DNA of 64,000 bases from NCBI GenBank assembly GCA_013265495.1, contig MU058636.1, positions 8,763,425 to 8,827,424 on the forward strand, given 5' to 3'. This document shows, one piece after another, positions 1-11,500 of the stretch; position 1 is the first letter of the stretch, and every line of letters begins with the position of its first letter. The position numbers and the translations under genes were made by a program. The notes beneath the pieces are model-generated. The model was not told the origin of the DNA and did not search any database. It worked only from the letters and a program-made list of their open reading frames with translations. The stretch comes from Vicugna vicugna (Eukaryota).

Positions 1-1578
1 TTTGTTTTATTTTCACATTGATTTGTTAGTTACTTAGGGGATTCTTACCTTGTATTTCTCCAGTCATTTTAGACTCCCTGAGGTTGGAGTTTTAAAATCT
101 CAAGCTTGTGGGGAACACATTTTCCATTGCAGTCACTCCTGCTCTTGTTTACAATGGACTGTTTCCTCTCTTATTTGTAATATTTTCAAATGACCGCATC
201 GTAGGTCTGCAATACGTTCTTTCGTTTCTTATAAAATTTCTGTGCAGCACGAGTTGTTGAAGTTCCTTTCCATGTAGTTTTTCTTTCCTTCACTTCCGTC
301 AGGGGCTCTGGCCCTTGACCAATTTAGGTTCGTTTTTCAGTTTGAATTTTCCTGTATTGTACAATTAGTGTAAATTCTGGCCTAAAGTTGATTAAGAGTT
401 ACTTCATAGGGGAAAAAAAAAATTCTCCCCTAGGGCTGGGGGAGGCGTGTTAATTGTTATCTCTCTGAACAAGAGGATGGAGGATATACGTACCCTCTCG
501 TGGGGGTTGCAGCCTTTAATTCTCAGCCGTGTGATGCCACTCTTCATCCACCCCACCGTCCTCTCACGGTGACCTCATGATCCACCATGACCATCATAGT
601 TTGCTCCGACCAGTGTGGTTGAGTTTCCTCTTCTTCTCTGGCCCCTACACATTTGTTTTCTTCTATTGTAAGCCTAGACAATTATTGAAAAGGATGCATT
701 TATTTTCCCCCAGAATCTTTTGTTATCTATACAGGGAAGGATTCTGGCCAGCCTGGTCTACCATTTTGCCAGAATCAGACAGATTTATTTTTACAATGCT
801 ATTTTAAAGCAGGTTTTCTTCTATCTTGGGTAGACGCCATCATCCCTAATCACAGAATAATTTGCAATGATGCTTATTTCTGCACATGGGCCTGAAACTC
901 TCTTTACATAACCCCCTCCACACACACACATACAATAATATACACATGCAAAAGGGAGTCAGATGGTGAGATGAGATACAATTTAGCACATTTATAACTT
1001 GCTCCATGCTAATGGGGACAAAATTTGTTAGGAAGACTTGTTGTGAAAGCCAAGAGAAGCTGTTCCAGGCATGGCGGCTGTCATCACAGGAATGCATGCA
1101 GGGGACAGTGTTATACTTCAGAGGTTGGTATGAGGTAAATGCATTGATAGGATACAGTGCTTTCAAAACAAAAGTATATTAGAGTCATTTGATGAGAGAA
1201 AAATAGTCATTCCTGGGCCTGAAAATGCTTCCATGTGTTTAGCTGGGTCCAGGAATCTACACTGTGGTAAGCACTTCAGATGACTCTTTGCAAGTAGCTT
1301 ATGGCATATGGGGCTGCTTTGGGAACCACTGGGGAGACATAGCAAGAAATCAATAGTGGAGCAAGGAAACTCGTTTATAAAGGGCTTTGATGCCTCCAGT
1401 AAGGAATCTATACTTTATCTGGATGAATGACCAGGAGATCCAATCCCTGAACGGCAATGAAAATCCCCAAAAGGCAATGTGATGTGAAAACATTAGAATG
1501 TAAGCTGTATGTGTCAACAGCACGAACTAAATAACTGTTAAATCTGCTTATTTATAAATGGTGATGTATGTATTAGAT

Positions 1579-2320
1579 CAGGGGTCAGTCAGCAAACTCC
1601 ACCCCAAGGACTGAATGTTACCTGTGCCTTGTTTTTGTATGGCCAGTGAGCTAAGAATGATTTTTAAAGAATTATGTTTGGGGGTGGTAGGGTAGGCATT
1701 ACCGAGTCCAAACTCATTCTGCTCATTACATGGCAGGCCAGTAAATTGGGAGATGAGGTGTTGGGGTAAGGAATAATGACTTTTTTTTGGAAAGCCAGCA
1801 GACCAAGAATGTCCTGGAGAACCATCTTAGCAGGGTCAGAATTCAGACTCCTTTTACGCTATAAAGGGGAACTGACTCCTTTTACGCTATAAAGGGGAAG
1901 GAATGTGGTTGGGTGATGCAAATTTCTTGGTGTCGAAACCCTTTTTTCTTGCAGCTGTCCACGTAAGTCAGGTCAGGATGTTTCTGTATACCTCCTACAA
2001 GACAAATGTTACTTTCTGTTCTGCAAGTTTTTAATCTCTATGTGAATGGAAAAGTGTTATACCCTTAAAGGTCAAAACCCTGAGAATGGGCTCTCCTGTA
2101 TATTTTAGGCTCGAGGCAACATTCTTTTACAAAAGGTGCAGAGCCAGCATGACTAAACCCAGAAAGCAGAGCACAGGGTTAGAGCTAAAGGAACAGATCT
2201 AATATGGAGTCAGATTTGCTCCCCCCGTTGCAAGAGTATGTGACAATAACCACATGTGGCTCTCAAATCCCTAAATATTTACTGTCTTGCCTTTTACTGA
2301 ATATGTTTGGCAAGTCTCTG
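1579..2320. mobile_element. MER58-type hAT-Charlie DNA transposon fossil, split by an LTR insertion
   Basis: Left part CAGGGGTCAG..CAAACT...GTTTTTGTATGGCCAGTGAGCTAAGAATGATTTTTA and right part CCTAAATATTTACTGTCTTGCCTTTTACTGAATATGTTTGGCAAGTCTCTG match recalled MER58 ends. Confidence 0.75.
1697..2232 (-). mobile_element. Solo LTR, ERV1 class (MER41-like cetartiodactyl LTR; subfamily tentative)
   Basis: ~536 bp from (C)ATTACCGAGTCCAAACTCATTCTGCTC to GGAGTCAGATTTGCTCCCCCCGTTGCA. It resembles a recalled artiodactyl LTR consensus and interrupts the MER58. Confidence 0.7.
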
Positions 2321-2749
2321 AATTTAGACAGACTCAAGGTTTTCCCAGTGGGTGTGACAAGTTAGCAAGGCGTCAGTGTGACTAGAATATATGAAGAGAA
2401 GCTGCATCAGAATGAGGCAAAAGCAAGTAGGTCTGGACTAGGAGCCATGGTCCGCACAGCTCTCAAAGCAAGATTATTAAAGGACTAGATTGAGAAAGTG
2501 ACCAAAGTACCTTCCATGAGATGACACAGTGACCTTTTTAAAAATGCAAATTTAATCATGTCTAAATGGAAATCCTTCATTAATTTCCAGTCTTCCTCAA
2601 GATAAAATCAAAACATGGAATAGCACACCAAGCTCTCTGAGACACATTCCAAACTCACATTCTTTCTCATGTCAAAACTGATCCACCATAACCCATTCTC
2701 ATGAAACTCTTTGAAATCCTATGGATGTGCAAAATACTTCCACTGCATT

Positions 2750-3860
2750 TGTTATTTGATTTATTTACTTATTATTTGTTTTCAAAATAAAGTACAGAGT
2801 TTAAAAATCAAATTGTATGTGTATTATAATAAATATCAACTGTTCCGAACTCTACTTCTCATTTCCCCCCATAAAGTTCTTTTCTAATATTTCCATTTTT
2901 CCCCTGAAGTTACCTCCATTCGTCTAAATAATTCCCATAAAATCCTCTTTCCCAGTTTTCTATATTAAATATTATTCACTTATTTCTTATTTTTGAGATC
3001 AAGATTTAGCACTTTTACACTACTCATTCTCCTCCACGTAATCCTCTCCCTTCCCTCCCAATATTATTTCACCATTTGAAACTCGATGTCTTCCTAGTAC
3101 TGACGTTTTTCTGATGGTGAACGTATTAGACTGAACCTCTGATTTTTCACATCTGTCTTATTTTCTGTCTCTTAGTCATTTGGATTTGCTTTCTGGGAAT
3201 TTGCTTAGTATTATCAATTAAACCTGTTCTTTTGTTTTTAATTTCAGACCTAATATTTTCAAAATATCTTTCTTTTTCTCTGGTTGCCAATTTTGCCTGA
3301 TGTGTTTTTTTTCTTCATGAATTTTAGTTCTATTTTCTTCGTCAGCTTCCTGCTTTGCTTTATTTCCTTGGAACCTCCCCTCCACTTTGTCGTTTACCTG
3401 ATTTGCTTTCTATATTTCATGTTGGAATCTACAAATACCTTTGATTTCTTGGCCACCCATTAATAATTAAGACTGAGGACTGAAAATCTGTCTAGAATTC
3501 CGGAATTCCATATGCAACTGGGGACTACGAGTGGATTTCACCAAAGGTAGTCAAACAGGAACTCACTTATACTATATGCCTTCTGTCAGTGTTTGTCTGC
3601 TATTTTTTCTGTCTTTGGTCTGTTTCTAGGGAAGAATCCTCTAGTAGTCTGGCTGAGGGAATCCACCACCTGTCTAAAACGTGATTTGAGGCAGAGACCG
3701 TGGTGGTGAAGGGAGTATCTCACCATTCAGCCTGCACACTCTCACGTATCTCTCCAGTATTTGGCCATTCAGTCTCGCACTCAGTTTTACTGTGTGCTCC
3801 AGAGAAACGGGTTGCTCTGGGTCCAATTCTATAGAGAATGAACCCACTGTCTCCTTCTTA
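2750..3860 (-). mobile_element. Old L1M (L1ME-like) fragments
   Basis: T-rich decayed sequence with antisense L1 5'/ORF1-type tracts. Boundaries approximate. Confidence 0.4.
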
Positions 3861-3979
3861 GGCGCCTGCTATAGAGTAAGCTCACAAAATTTGTAGTAGG
3901 GTATGTGATAATGAGAAATAATAAGCAAGTGTCAGGATGAGAATGTACATAGTTGTGTTAGGATTATGGAGATGGAGTA

Positions 3980-5112
3980 TACAAACAAAAACAAAAAACA
4001 ACATATAGGAGCAGAAAGGCCAAAAAAACAGGCTCATAGGTTTGATAGAACAGTGTGAATTCTAGCCCATGAGCAAGAATCAGACCTGGAGACGTGGGGA
4101 AAGTTCCACTCTGCCAAGAGGTAATGATGTCTCGCCTGGAATTGATCAGTGGAGATGCTTCAGTTTATTAAATTTGTTCTAGATGGAGAGAGAAAAGGAT
4201 GGAGGATGAATCAAGGGTCAATCTGATTCAGCAATAGAGCATGTAGTCTTTTGAAGTTTATTGTCTCAGTCACTGCCCACCCTGAGATCCTGCGAGTTGC
4301 CATGATTCTGTAATTAGTGTCATGAGCTAATTCTGTAATTAGTGTCAGTTGAAGGAACTGATAAGTATCCACAGGCATTAGAACCAGAAAATGGAGAGGA
4401 ACACTAGTTCTATGTGCTAACAGATGGGAACTTACTACTGGACTAAGCAGGGTGACAATCAATCATCCAATTAAATAATCAGTACACCGTACCTGGCTTA
4501 TTTCTAAGCTTCCCAGCCCATGGATCACTTTTTAAACTTAAGGGTGACTATTTTGAGGTGATCTGGAACAACGGCTGGGGAGCCACCACCTTGGTCTAAT
4601 ATTTACTCTGAATTACTTCATACAAGGGAGAAGTTTCATTAGCCCTGGACATTCAAGGTCTTTTTAAATCTCACTTTTTTACTTTTTGTGGACAAAGTAA
4701 TCTCTTTCAAAATATGCAAGGCCCTGAATTTCTGGACCTTTTCCATTGCCTTTCAGTTCTGATTCCAAATCAGCTAATTTTCACCAAGCTCATTTCCTCT
4801 TTCTTTCAGTACCTTGACAAAAGCAGCTAACAATAAGCATTATACACTATTTATGGTACTATTTTCCAAAACTTTTCTATAGAGCTACAGAGCAGGCACA
4901 TTATTTGCATTCCAAGCTATAGCAGGTGAGCATTTTATTAAATATTTTGCAACAACATAACATGAATATCCAGCCATCTGTTCTGGTATATCTTTTTACT
5001 TGCCACCTCCATGTAACTAATAGTATATATTTTATCTTATATGTTGGCTGTAACAAATCCTATGTGTTTTACTTTTTTCCCCAGTAGTAGCGTCCCAATT
5101 CAAGGTAGCAAT
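3980..5112 (-). mobile_element. MaLR internal (MLT1-int) fragment
   Basis: Ends in AGTAGCGTCCCAATTCAAGGTAGCAATT, resembling the antisense MaLR-int 5' boundary (AGCACCCCACTCCTGGTACCAATT). Upstream tracts also resemble MLT-int. Confidence 0.55.
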
Positions 5113-5169
5113 TAAGACAGCTTAGCCTGGCCAATAGGATAGGCAAATACCCAAAGGAATGGAATAGCA

Positions 5170-6300
5170 TACTCTAAAACAGATCTACTTATATTTGGAT
5201 ACCTGTATATGAAAAGCTAAATTAATACACCAAACAAATGAAGTTAAGAAAATTGAAGATCCATGTTGGATACCACATGGAAAATAACTCCAGTTGTTTG
5301 AAGACTTAAGTGCAGAAGTAAAAACTATAATTGTTTTATCAAAATTAAATGGAAGTAAATAGATCACAATTTCAAAATATGAAAGAATATTTGAACAATA
5401 TGGGAAAATGCTAATGTTAGAGAAAAAACTGATAAATTCAAATACATAAAAATGAAGGATTTCTTGTCATTAACACATACCATAAAGGGAGTAACAAGAC
5501 AAGAGGAATGACTATTCAGTTTACAAAGAAAAATATCCAAATGCTCTGAACCCACAAGAAAACATGCTCGACCATGTTGAATTATTCATGGATAAAAGAA
5601 TTAAAAACACATGTGATAGATGGGCAAAAAGTTAAAAGCCTGAAAATAAACAAATTTGGCAAGCATGAGAATGAACAAAATAACGCAAATGCCCCCATAG
5701 AGGGAGTATAATTATATATAAAGAACTTGAAGAATAAATTGTCATTATTTAGTAAAGATACATATATCTTATAAACCAACAATTTAATTCCTCGTATATA
5801 CTCTTAGAGATAGTCTTTTTTATATTTGCAAATCTTGATACATTTATAAAAATGCTTTCGGCAGCATTGTTTTTAGTACACAAAAACTGACAAAGCCAAA
5901 CCACAAAATCCATAAATAACAGAATGAATTTATAAACTGTTGCATACATATACAATAGAAAATTACATGGGATGAAATAAACACATCATAATCACCTATA
6001 GTACCAGGTATTAATCACAAACTCAAAGTTGAATGAAGGAAAGACAAAAAGCTTATATATAGCAGTGTGATTCCATTCATATGAAGTTTAAAACCAGGCA
6101 AATTAAATTATAAAACTTAGGAATCCATACATACTTGTTAAAACTATAAAGAAAAGCAAGAAGTTCATTTTTACAAACTCAGCAAACAGCTCTAAGAGAA
6201 ATGTGAGAAGAATCTGGGGGACATCATGGATGCTAATTGTGTTCTTTCTTACTATGAGTAGGTAACAGATTTTAGGTTCATAATTGTCTAATAAAATTTT
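5170..6300 (+). mobile_element. L1ME-like LINE-1, end of ORF2 and 3' UTR
   Basis: A-rich, with motifs such as AAGAAAACATGCTCGACCATG, GCAGCATTGTTTTTAGTACACAAAAACTG and GTGTGATTCCATTCATATGAAGTTTAAAACCAGGCAAAATTAA. Confidence 0.7.
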
Positions 6301-6554
6301 ATATAAATAGAAGTATGACAGTCACATTTTTGACACAGTATATTAAGCAATTAAAAAAAGTAGAATTCTAAGGATATAGAGAGAAGTTGTTAATGCTATG
6401 TTAATTAACAATCTAATTGCAAAGTAGAGGTGGGAAAAAAGACTGACATTTTTCCTTTGTTTGAGTCAACTTTCTGTTTTGCTTGGTATTTTGTGTATAG
6501 GCATTTATAATATTTAACTGAACTAACTGTTCTACAGCCAATTTTTCTAGGGTA

Positions 6555-6735
6555 ATTTATGCTTCTTAAATTTTATTATACACATGCATCACCTGGGGGT
6601 CTTGTTACAAATGCAGATTCTGACTCAGTGATCTGGGACGAGGCCTGAGCTTCTTACAAGGGATTGTGCTCCGTGCTGTTAGTCTAAGGGCCCCAAACCA
6701 CGTGTTACTGGATTAACCAGAATTTGAGGAACAGG
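6555..6735. mobile_element. MER5A-like DNA transposon fragment
   Basis: CATCACCTGGGGGTCTTGTTACAAATGCAGATTCTGACTCAGTGATCTGGGACGAGGCCTGAG matches the MER5A core. Confidence 0.7.
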
Positions 6736-6770
6736 GCCCCAAACCATGTGTTACTGGATTAACCAGAATT
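6687..6770 (+). repeat. 38-bp direct duplication with 8-bp spacer
   Basis: AGGGCCCCAAACCA(C/T)GTGTTACTGGATTAACCAGAATT at 6687-6724 and 6733-6770, one mismatch. Confidence 0.95.
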
Positions 6771-8926
6771 CAACTGGTAATCTGTAAGTAGAGTGACCAT
6801 GAATTTTTCACTCAACTGGGACACATTTGGGAGTGAAACAGAGCTGTTATTAATAATTGTGCTCGGCCATAAGGCATAAACAGGAAATTTTTCCCCTACA
6901 AATCTTGGACACAGGTTCTCCCCAGCTCTGAGTTACAACGACCTTTTATGCACTCTACAGTTCAGGACAATACATTCTCAGAAACAGCACCATGAATGCC
7001 CCTGAATATCATACCAACATTGTCCCAAAAGAGAAAGAACTTGAAATGTGTAATAAGCAATCTGAGGAAAGGCCCTTGAGCTAGTGGGTAGAAGTTTATA
7101 TTTTGCAAAATGCACAGTAGAGAAGAAGTGATGCCCCAGTTGAAGTGGGTGTAAATTTCCCATCTGCTGCTAGCTAGACATTCTGGACTCTGGAATCTTC
7201 TTGCTCCTGAAATACTTGTAAGATATGATCATATTCCATTTTAATGATCCAATCTCTACTTTTGGTATTAGAGACCAGTTTGTTTTCTCTTTTTTTACAT
7301 TTTTATTTTTTGAACTTAAAGCGACTTTGGTTGCTTCCATCTACTTTCCCTTAATATTCTATGATTTAAAAACTACTTGTAAATCAGCTTTGTAAAGCAA
7401 CACAATAATTGTCTGTGATTCAACAAACTCAATGTCGTAGCTCCCATAATGAATGCTTGTATTTTGATAAGTATATTTGGGGAATTGTTTCATTTAGAAG
7501 TTTTTATTCTTAGTACAGATGTGAAAAATGGATGTTAGGGTTTCAACTACTTGATAATTTGTTTATATGATGCTCTTGCTGAAAATCTTAAATATTTAAG
7601 GCAATGACCCAAAACGCTAAGGGAAAAAGTGAACAGCAAAAACCAAAAACAGAAACAAAAAGGAGACTGCATTTGTGAAAAATAAGTAGAAGTAACATAC
7701 AGGTCATCTGTATGCCAGTGAAAACTAATGCGTGGATTTCAAAATACAGTATTTCATAAAAATGATGTTAGAAAACAATAATGGATAACAGATGAAACTT
7801 ATAATTAAAGTGAAAAAGCTAGGAATCCTTTTTGTCTCTGAAACACCACACTCTCCTCATTTTATCTACAAAATGTCATCGCGAAAACTTTACTTCTGCC
7901 AGAACGAAAGGGGATCTTGATGAGTCTCATTTAATATCTCTATCTGTAGTCACAAAAAAATGTTTCTAAGTAATGGAGATGAATGATTATGGTTTAAATC
8001 ATTTAAAAATGTTAAAAATAGTGAATCATATTCAGTACTAAAAGAGCTTTAAACTTGGGTATGATGCTTTTTGATAATGACATACAGTTTGAAAAAAAAA
8101 AGCAGAAACTGACATTCTAGAAAAACAAAATGAGTGATTCACCCCCCAGCAAAATCTAATATCACTTCCAGGATATTAAATGCTTCATGTGCCCCATTAG
8201 TCATAGATTCTGGCCTTGCTGTAGGAGGCACTAGAGATATTCCCAGGTTTTCAATGTTATTGTCATAATTTTTTAGTTCTTGTGACTCCATGAAGATTTA
8301 TCCACCTGTGAAAAATTCATAATGAAACAGCCTTATCACAGCCAATGCATTGATTGTTCATGAAATTGATATACAGACTTGGCACAGGGAGCTTCAAGTA
8401 CTAACTCTCAACACACCCAAAAAGAAATTCTCTCTCAACTATGAATATCATTCGCCTCCCCAGTTGTGTGATGATTGCCAGGGACTGGCAATGTTCTACC
8501 TGCAAATGCTTCTAGTCAGGCCTTTGGATGTCTTTATTTATTACATAATCTATTGCACTTCATTTAACACACATCTTTCAAGGATATGTACCAGGACAAG
8601 ACCACAAGACATCATCTCTTTCCTCAAGGAGCTCACGCAGGAAGACAGACAGACACATCAGAACAGAATCTGACAAGAGCTATGAAGGAAGTAGAGATGG
8701 GATGGAGAAGGAAAAAGGTGTTCAGGTTCTGCCACTTTTAGCCAAATTACCTTCTCCAAGATGCACATACATAAAATCTATTCATACGTTTCTATTCAGT
8801 ATCTCTTCTACAGACAAGTTCTTAAACTGTGTTCTTGCTGTTGTTTGTCTGTTTGTTTGTTTCTCTTCTGGCCTAACTGGATACACCAATGCCACCATCT
8901 CCTACTAAATCTCATCAACTGTTTGA

Positions 8927-9016
8927 GGGGGAGGGTGTAGCTCAGTGGTAGAGCATGTGCTTAGCATGCATGAGGTCCTGAGTTCAATCCCCAGTACCTC
9001 CATTAAAAAAAAAAAA
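8927..9016 (+). mobile_element. tRNA-Ala(AGC)-derived SINE (camelid Vic-1 type)
   Basis: GGGGGAGGGTGTAGCTCAGTGGTAGAGCATGTGCTTAGCATGCATGAGGTCCTGAGTTCAATCCCCAGTACCTCCA followed by poly(A). A/B boxes present, CpG decay, extra 5' bases relative to tRNA. Confidence 0.9.
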
Positions 9017-9299
9017 GAAGTCTGTATCTTATTTATTCTCTTTTTAATATACTTTCTGTTTCAACATCCACCTTAAAATATAATTATCTAAAGTAAACAC
9101 AATACTATGTTAGGATGTGAATATAATTCTATAACACAGCTGAAACTATTATATTATTACTTTTTTGGTAGTTAGGGTCATACTACTATACTCAACAAAT
9201 TTTTTTCTCCTCCTCTATTTTTTAAATGTAGAAAGGCCATATAAATGCAGTAGATTTTTGTCTGCTTGCTTTTAAAAAAAAGAATGTCTATTAGATTAT

Positions 9300-9480
9300 G
9301 GTACATGTTTCAATTTGTTCAAATACTTTGAATCTAAATTCTGACCCCAAATATTTTAACTCTCCTCTCAGACTGAGAGATTTGATTAGCATTGCTTCTG
9401 TTTTCATCCAGGCAACAATAAAACTGCTGATCAGTACGAGGTCAAGAACAGGGTTTTCTAGAGTTCTATTGTAGCGTACA
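9300..9480 (-). mobile_element. CR1/L3 LINE reverse transcriptase fragment
   Basis: Minus-strand translation NPVLDLVLISSFIVAWMKTEAMLIKS aligns to the CR1 RT motif GSVLGPVLFNIFINDLDEGIEGMLIKFADD. Confidence 0.65.
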
Positions 9481-9949
9481 GTAAATATCGCCAGGGAAAT
9501 GCTTTCTAACTGTCCACTGCTGAGGAAACTGCTCCAATTTGGAAAAATATCTACCACAGGGGTCTCCAAGACTCCACTCAAGACTGAAGTATTCATCAAA
9601 GGTGGAATCACTTCACACACATTTCCACTTCCGTCATATCCCCTATTACATCAAGGCCCTCTTTGTTTGCTAGCTGTTCTTTGAATACACGTCTGTTTCA
9701 CTTCTGCCCTGGTTATAGTGTGTGGTTCACCTGGTCGACCCTGCTCTGCTCACCTCTTCATCTTCTGAGGTTTCTGCTTCTTATCTACGTACTGAAAGTA
9801 TCTCCATCAAATAGCATCTTCATTTCCCCTTCTAGACGGACTCTGAATTTCTTGTTCTTAGTACTGGTCCTCTTAGGTGTCTTGACCTCTCAGTCTACTC
9901 AGAGCCGTTGGCCCCAAAAGTACATGTGGAAAATGGTAATAGTTTTATT

Positions 9950-10190
9950 TAAGATGTATTGAGAGAGTGATGTGTGACAAGCACCCTTATAAGTCTCTTA
10001 TGGATAATTTCATTTAATGTGTATCACAGACCTCTGAGGTGGATTCCTTATGAGGCCATTTCACAGAAAAAAAGAAACAGAGACACGAGTACCTTGCCCA
10101 AGGTCATGCCGTTAGCAGGTGGATTGAAGGAATCAAAGGTGACCCTTTGAATATCATTCCTAAAATACGATTATTCAACCATCTGTAATT
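9950..10190 (-). mobile_element. MIR SINE
   Basis: CCATTTCACAGAAAAAAAGAAACAGAGACAC..TACCTTGCCCAAGGTCATGCCGTTAGCAGGTGG is the MIR core. Confidence 0.7.
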
Positions 10191-10254
10191 CGCCAGATTA
10201 TTCTATTACTATCAATGATGTTTTTAGACTTTAAAAGTGCTTTTTAAAATCAAT

Positions 10255-10740
10255 ACCTCACACACACATGATTGGCTAAAACAAAAAAGAGTAATAAAAT
10301 CAAACCCTGGCAAGGATGTGCTCAGGAAATCTCAAACTATGAGTAGGAATGTAACACAGTAATTACCTTTCACTTTGGGAAAAGGGGTCTGATAAATCAA
10401 TCAATCAATCATATTTTAACATACACATAGAAATAAAATGATACATATCATGTATCTCCACTATGACCAAGGAGTTGCATGCCTAGGTATTTATCCAAGA
10501 AAATTGAAAGACTATTTTAAAAAATGTTTTTAATGAGAATATCGTTTTTGTAATAAAAAACTAGAAACTGTCCAAGTTTCTATCAATAGAGGAATGAATA
10601 AATAAATTGTGAAGTATTCATACAGTGGAATACCACTCAGGAGTAAAACGGAATGAGCTACTGATATATGCAAAAACAAAGATAAATCTCATAAACATTA
10701 TAGTGAGTAAAAGAAGTCATTCACAAAATTTAGTGTATAC
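10255..10740 (+). mobile_element. L1ME/L1MC 3' fragment
   Basis: GCCTAGGTATTTATCCAAGAAAATTGAAAG and GTATTCATACAGTGGAATACCACTCAGGAGTAAAACGGAATGAGCTACTGATATATGCA. Confidence 0.8.
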
Positions 10741-10779
10741 CAAAGTGACGGCATTCTTCGATTTTACTAACAGAAAAAG

Positions 10780-11500
10780 GAAATTATGCTCCATACCATG
10801 GTTTGTTCTTAATGGATTCATACTGGAACTTAGTATTGGATTCACTCTTGTCCATATGCAGTAGTCCTAACAACCTAAATCATTGACATCAAGGTCTCAC
10901 CCATGTCAGTTCAGTTACCTCTTTTTGAAAAATGGAATTATTTCCCTGAGTCGTGTATCTCATTCTCCATGGTTGGCCATAATTGCTGATCCTGGTTCTG
11001 GAAATTCCTTTCTGTCCTCTGGAAATTGTTCCGGCTGGAGATGCTCTGATGTGGAGGTGCTGGAGCTGTGTGCTGTCTCACTACCTGCTCAGCTACCCTG
11101 GGATGTAAGCAGCATCTTACCCTCCCCCAACAGTTTCAGTGAGGCAAATTCCCATTCTGAATAGGACAAGAGCAGAACAGCAGTTAAGTTGTTCTGTTAA
11201 CATTATACCATCTGTTCCAAGGGATGGGACTCTCTCTTCCTTGTTTCTCTGTCTGTTATGAGCCTAGCAAAAGTGTTCTTTTTCATTGTCTGCACATATT
11301 CTGCAAGGCTCAGATTTTTGTTTATTAGCCTTCCTCTTACAGTTTCATGCAACTGTTACATTTATATTTAGGTTCAAGCACCTTCTCCTCTGCTTCGCTT
11401 CTTTCTAAGTGTACAATCCCCAAAGAATCCTCCAAAGTCACAGAGCTTTCTTTAGAAAAGAAAGCTCTTGCGTTTTCTTCTTTAGACTTTTTTCTTTTTC
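10780..11500 (-). mobile_element. CR1/L3 LINE fragment
   Basis: TCTGCAAGGCTCAGATTTTTGTTTATTAGCCTTCCTCTTACAG and adjacent tracts resemble antisense L3 ORF2. Possibly the same element as 9300-9480. Confidence 0.5.

Noticed and set aside
8927..9002. Functional tRNA-Ala gene
   Set aside because: It has extra 5' bases, stem-breaking CpG decay, an altered B box and a poly(A) tail rather than a T-run terminator. It is a SINE, as is the copy at 19066.
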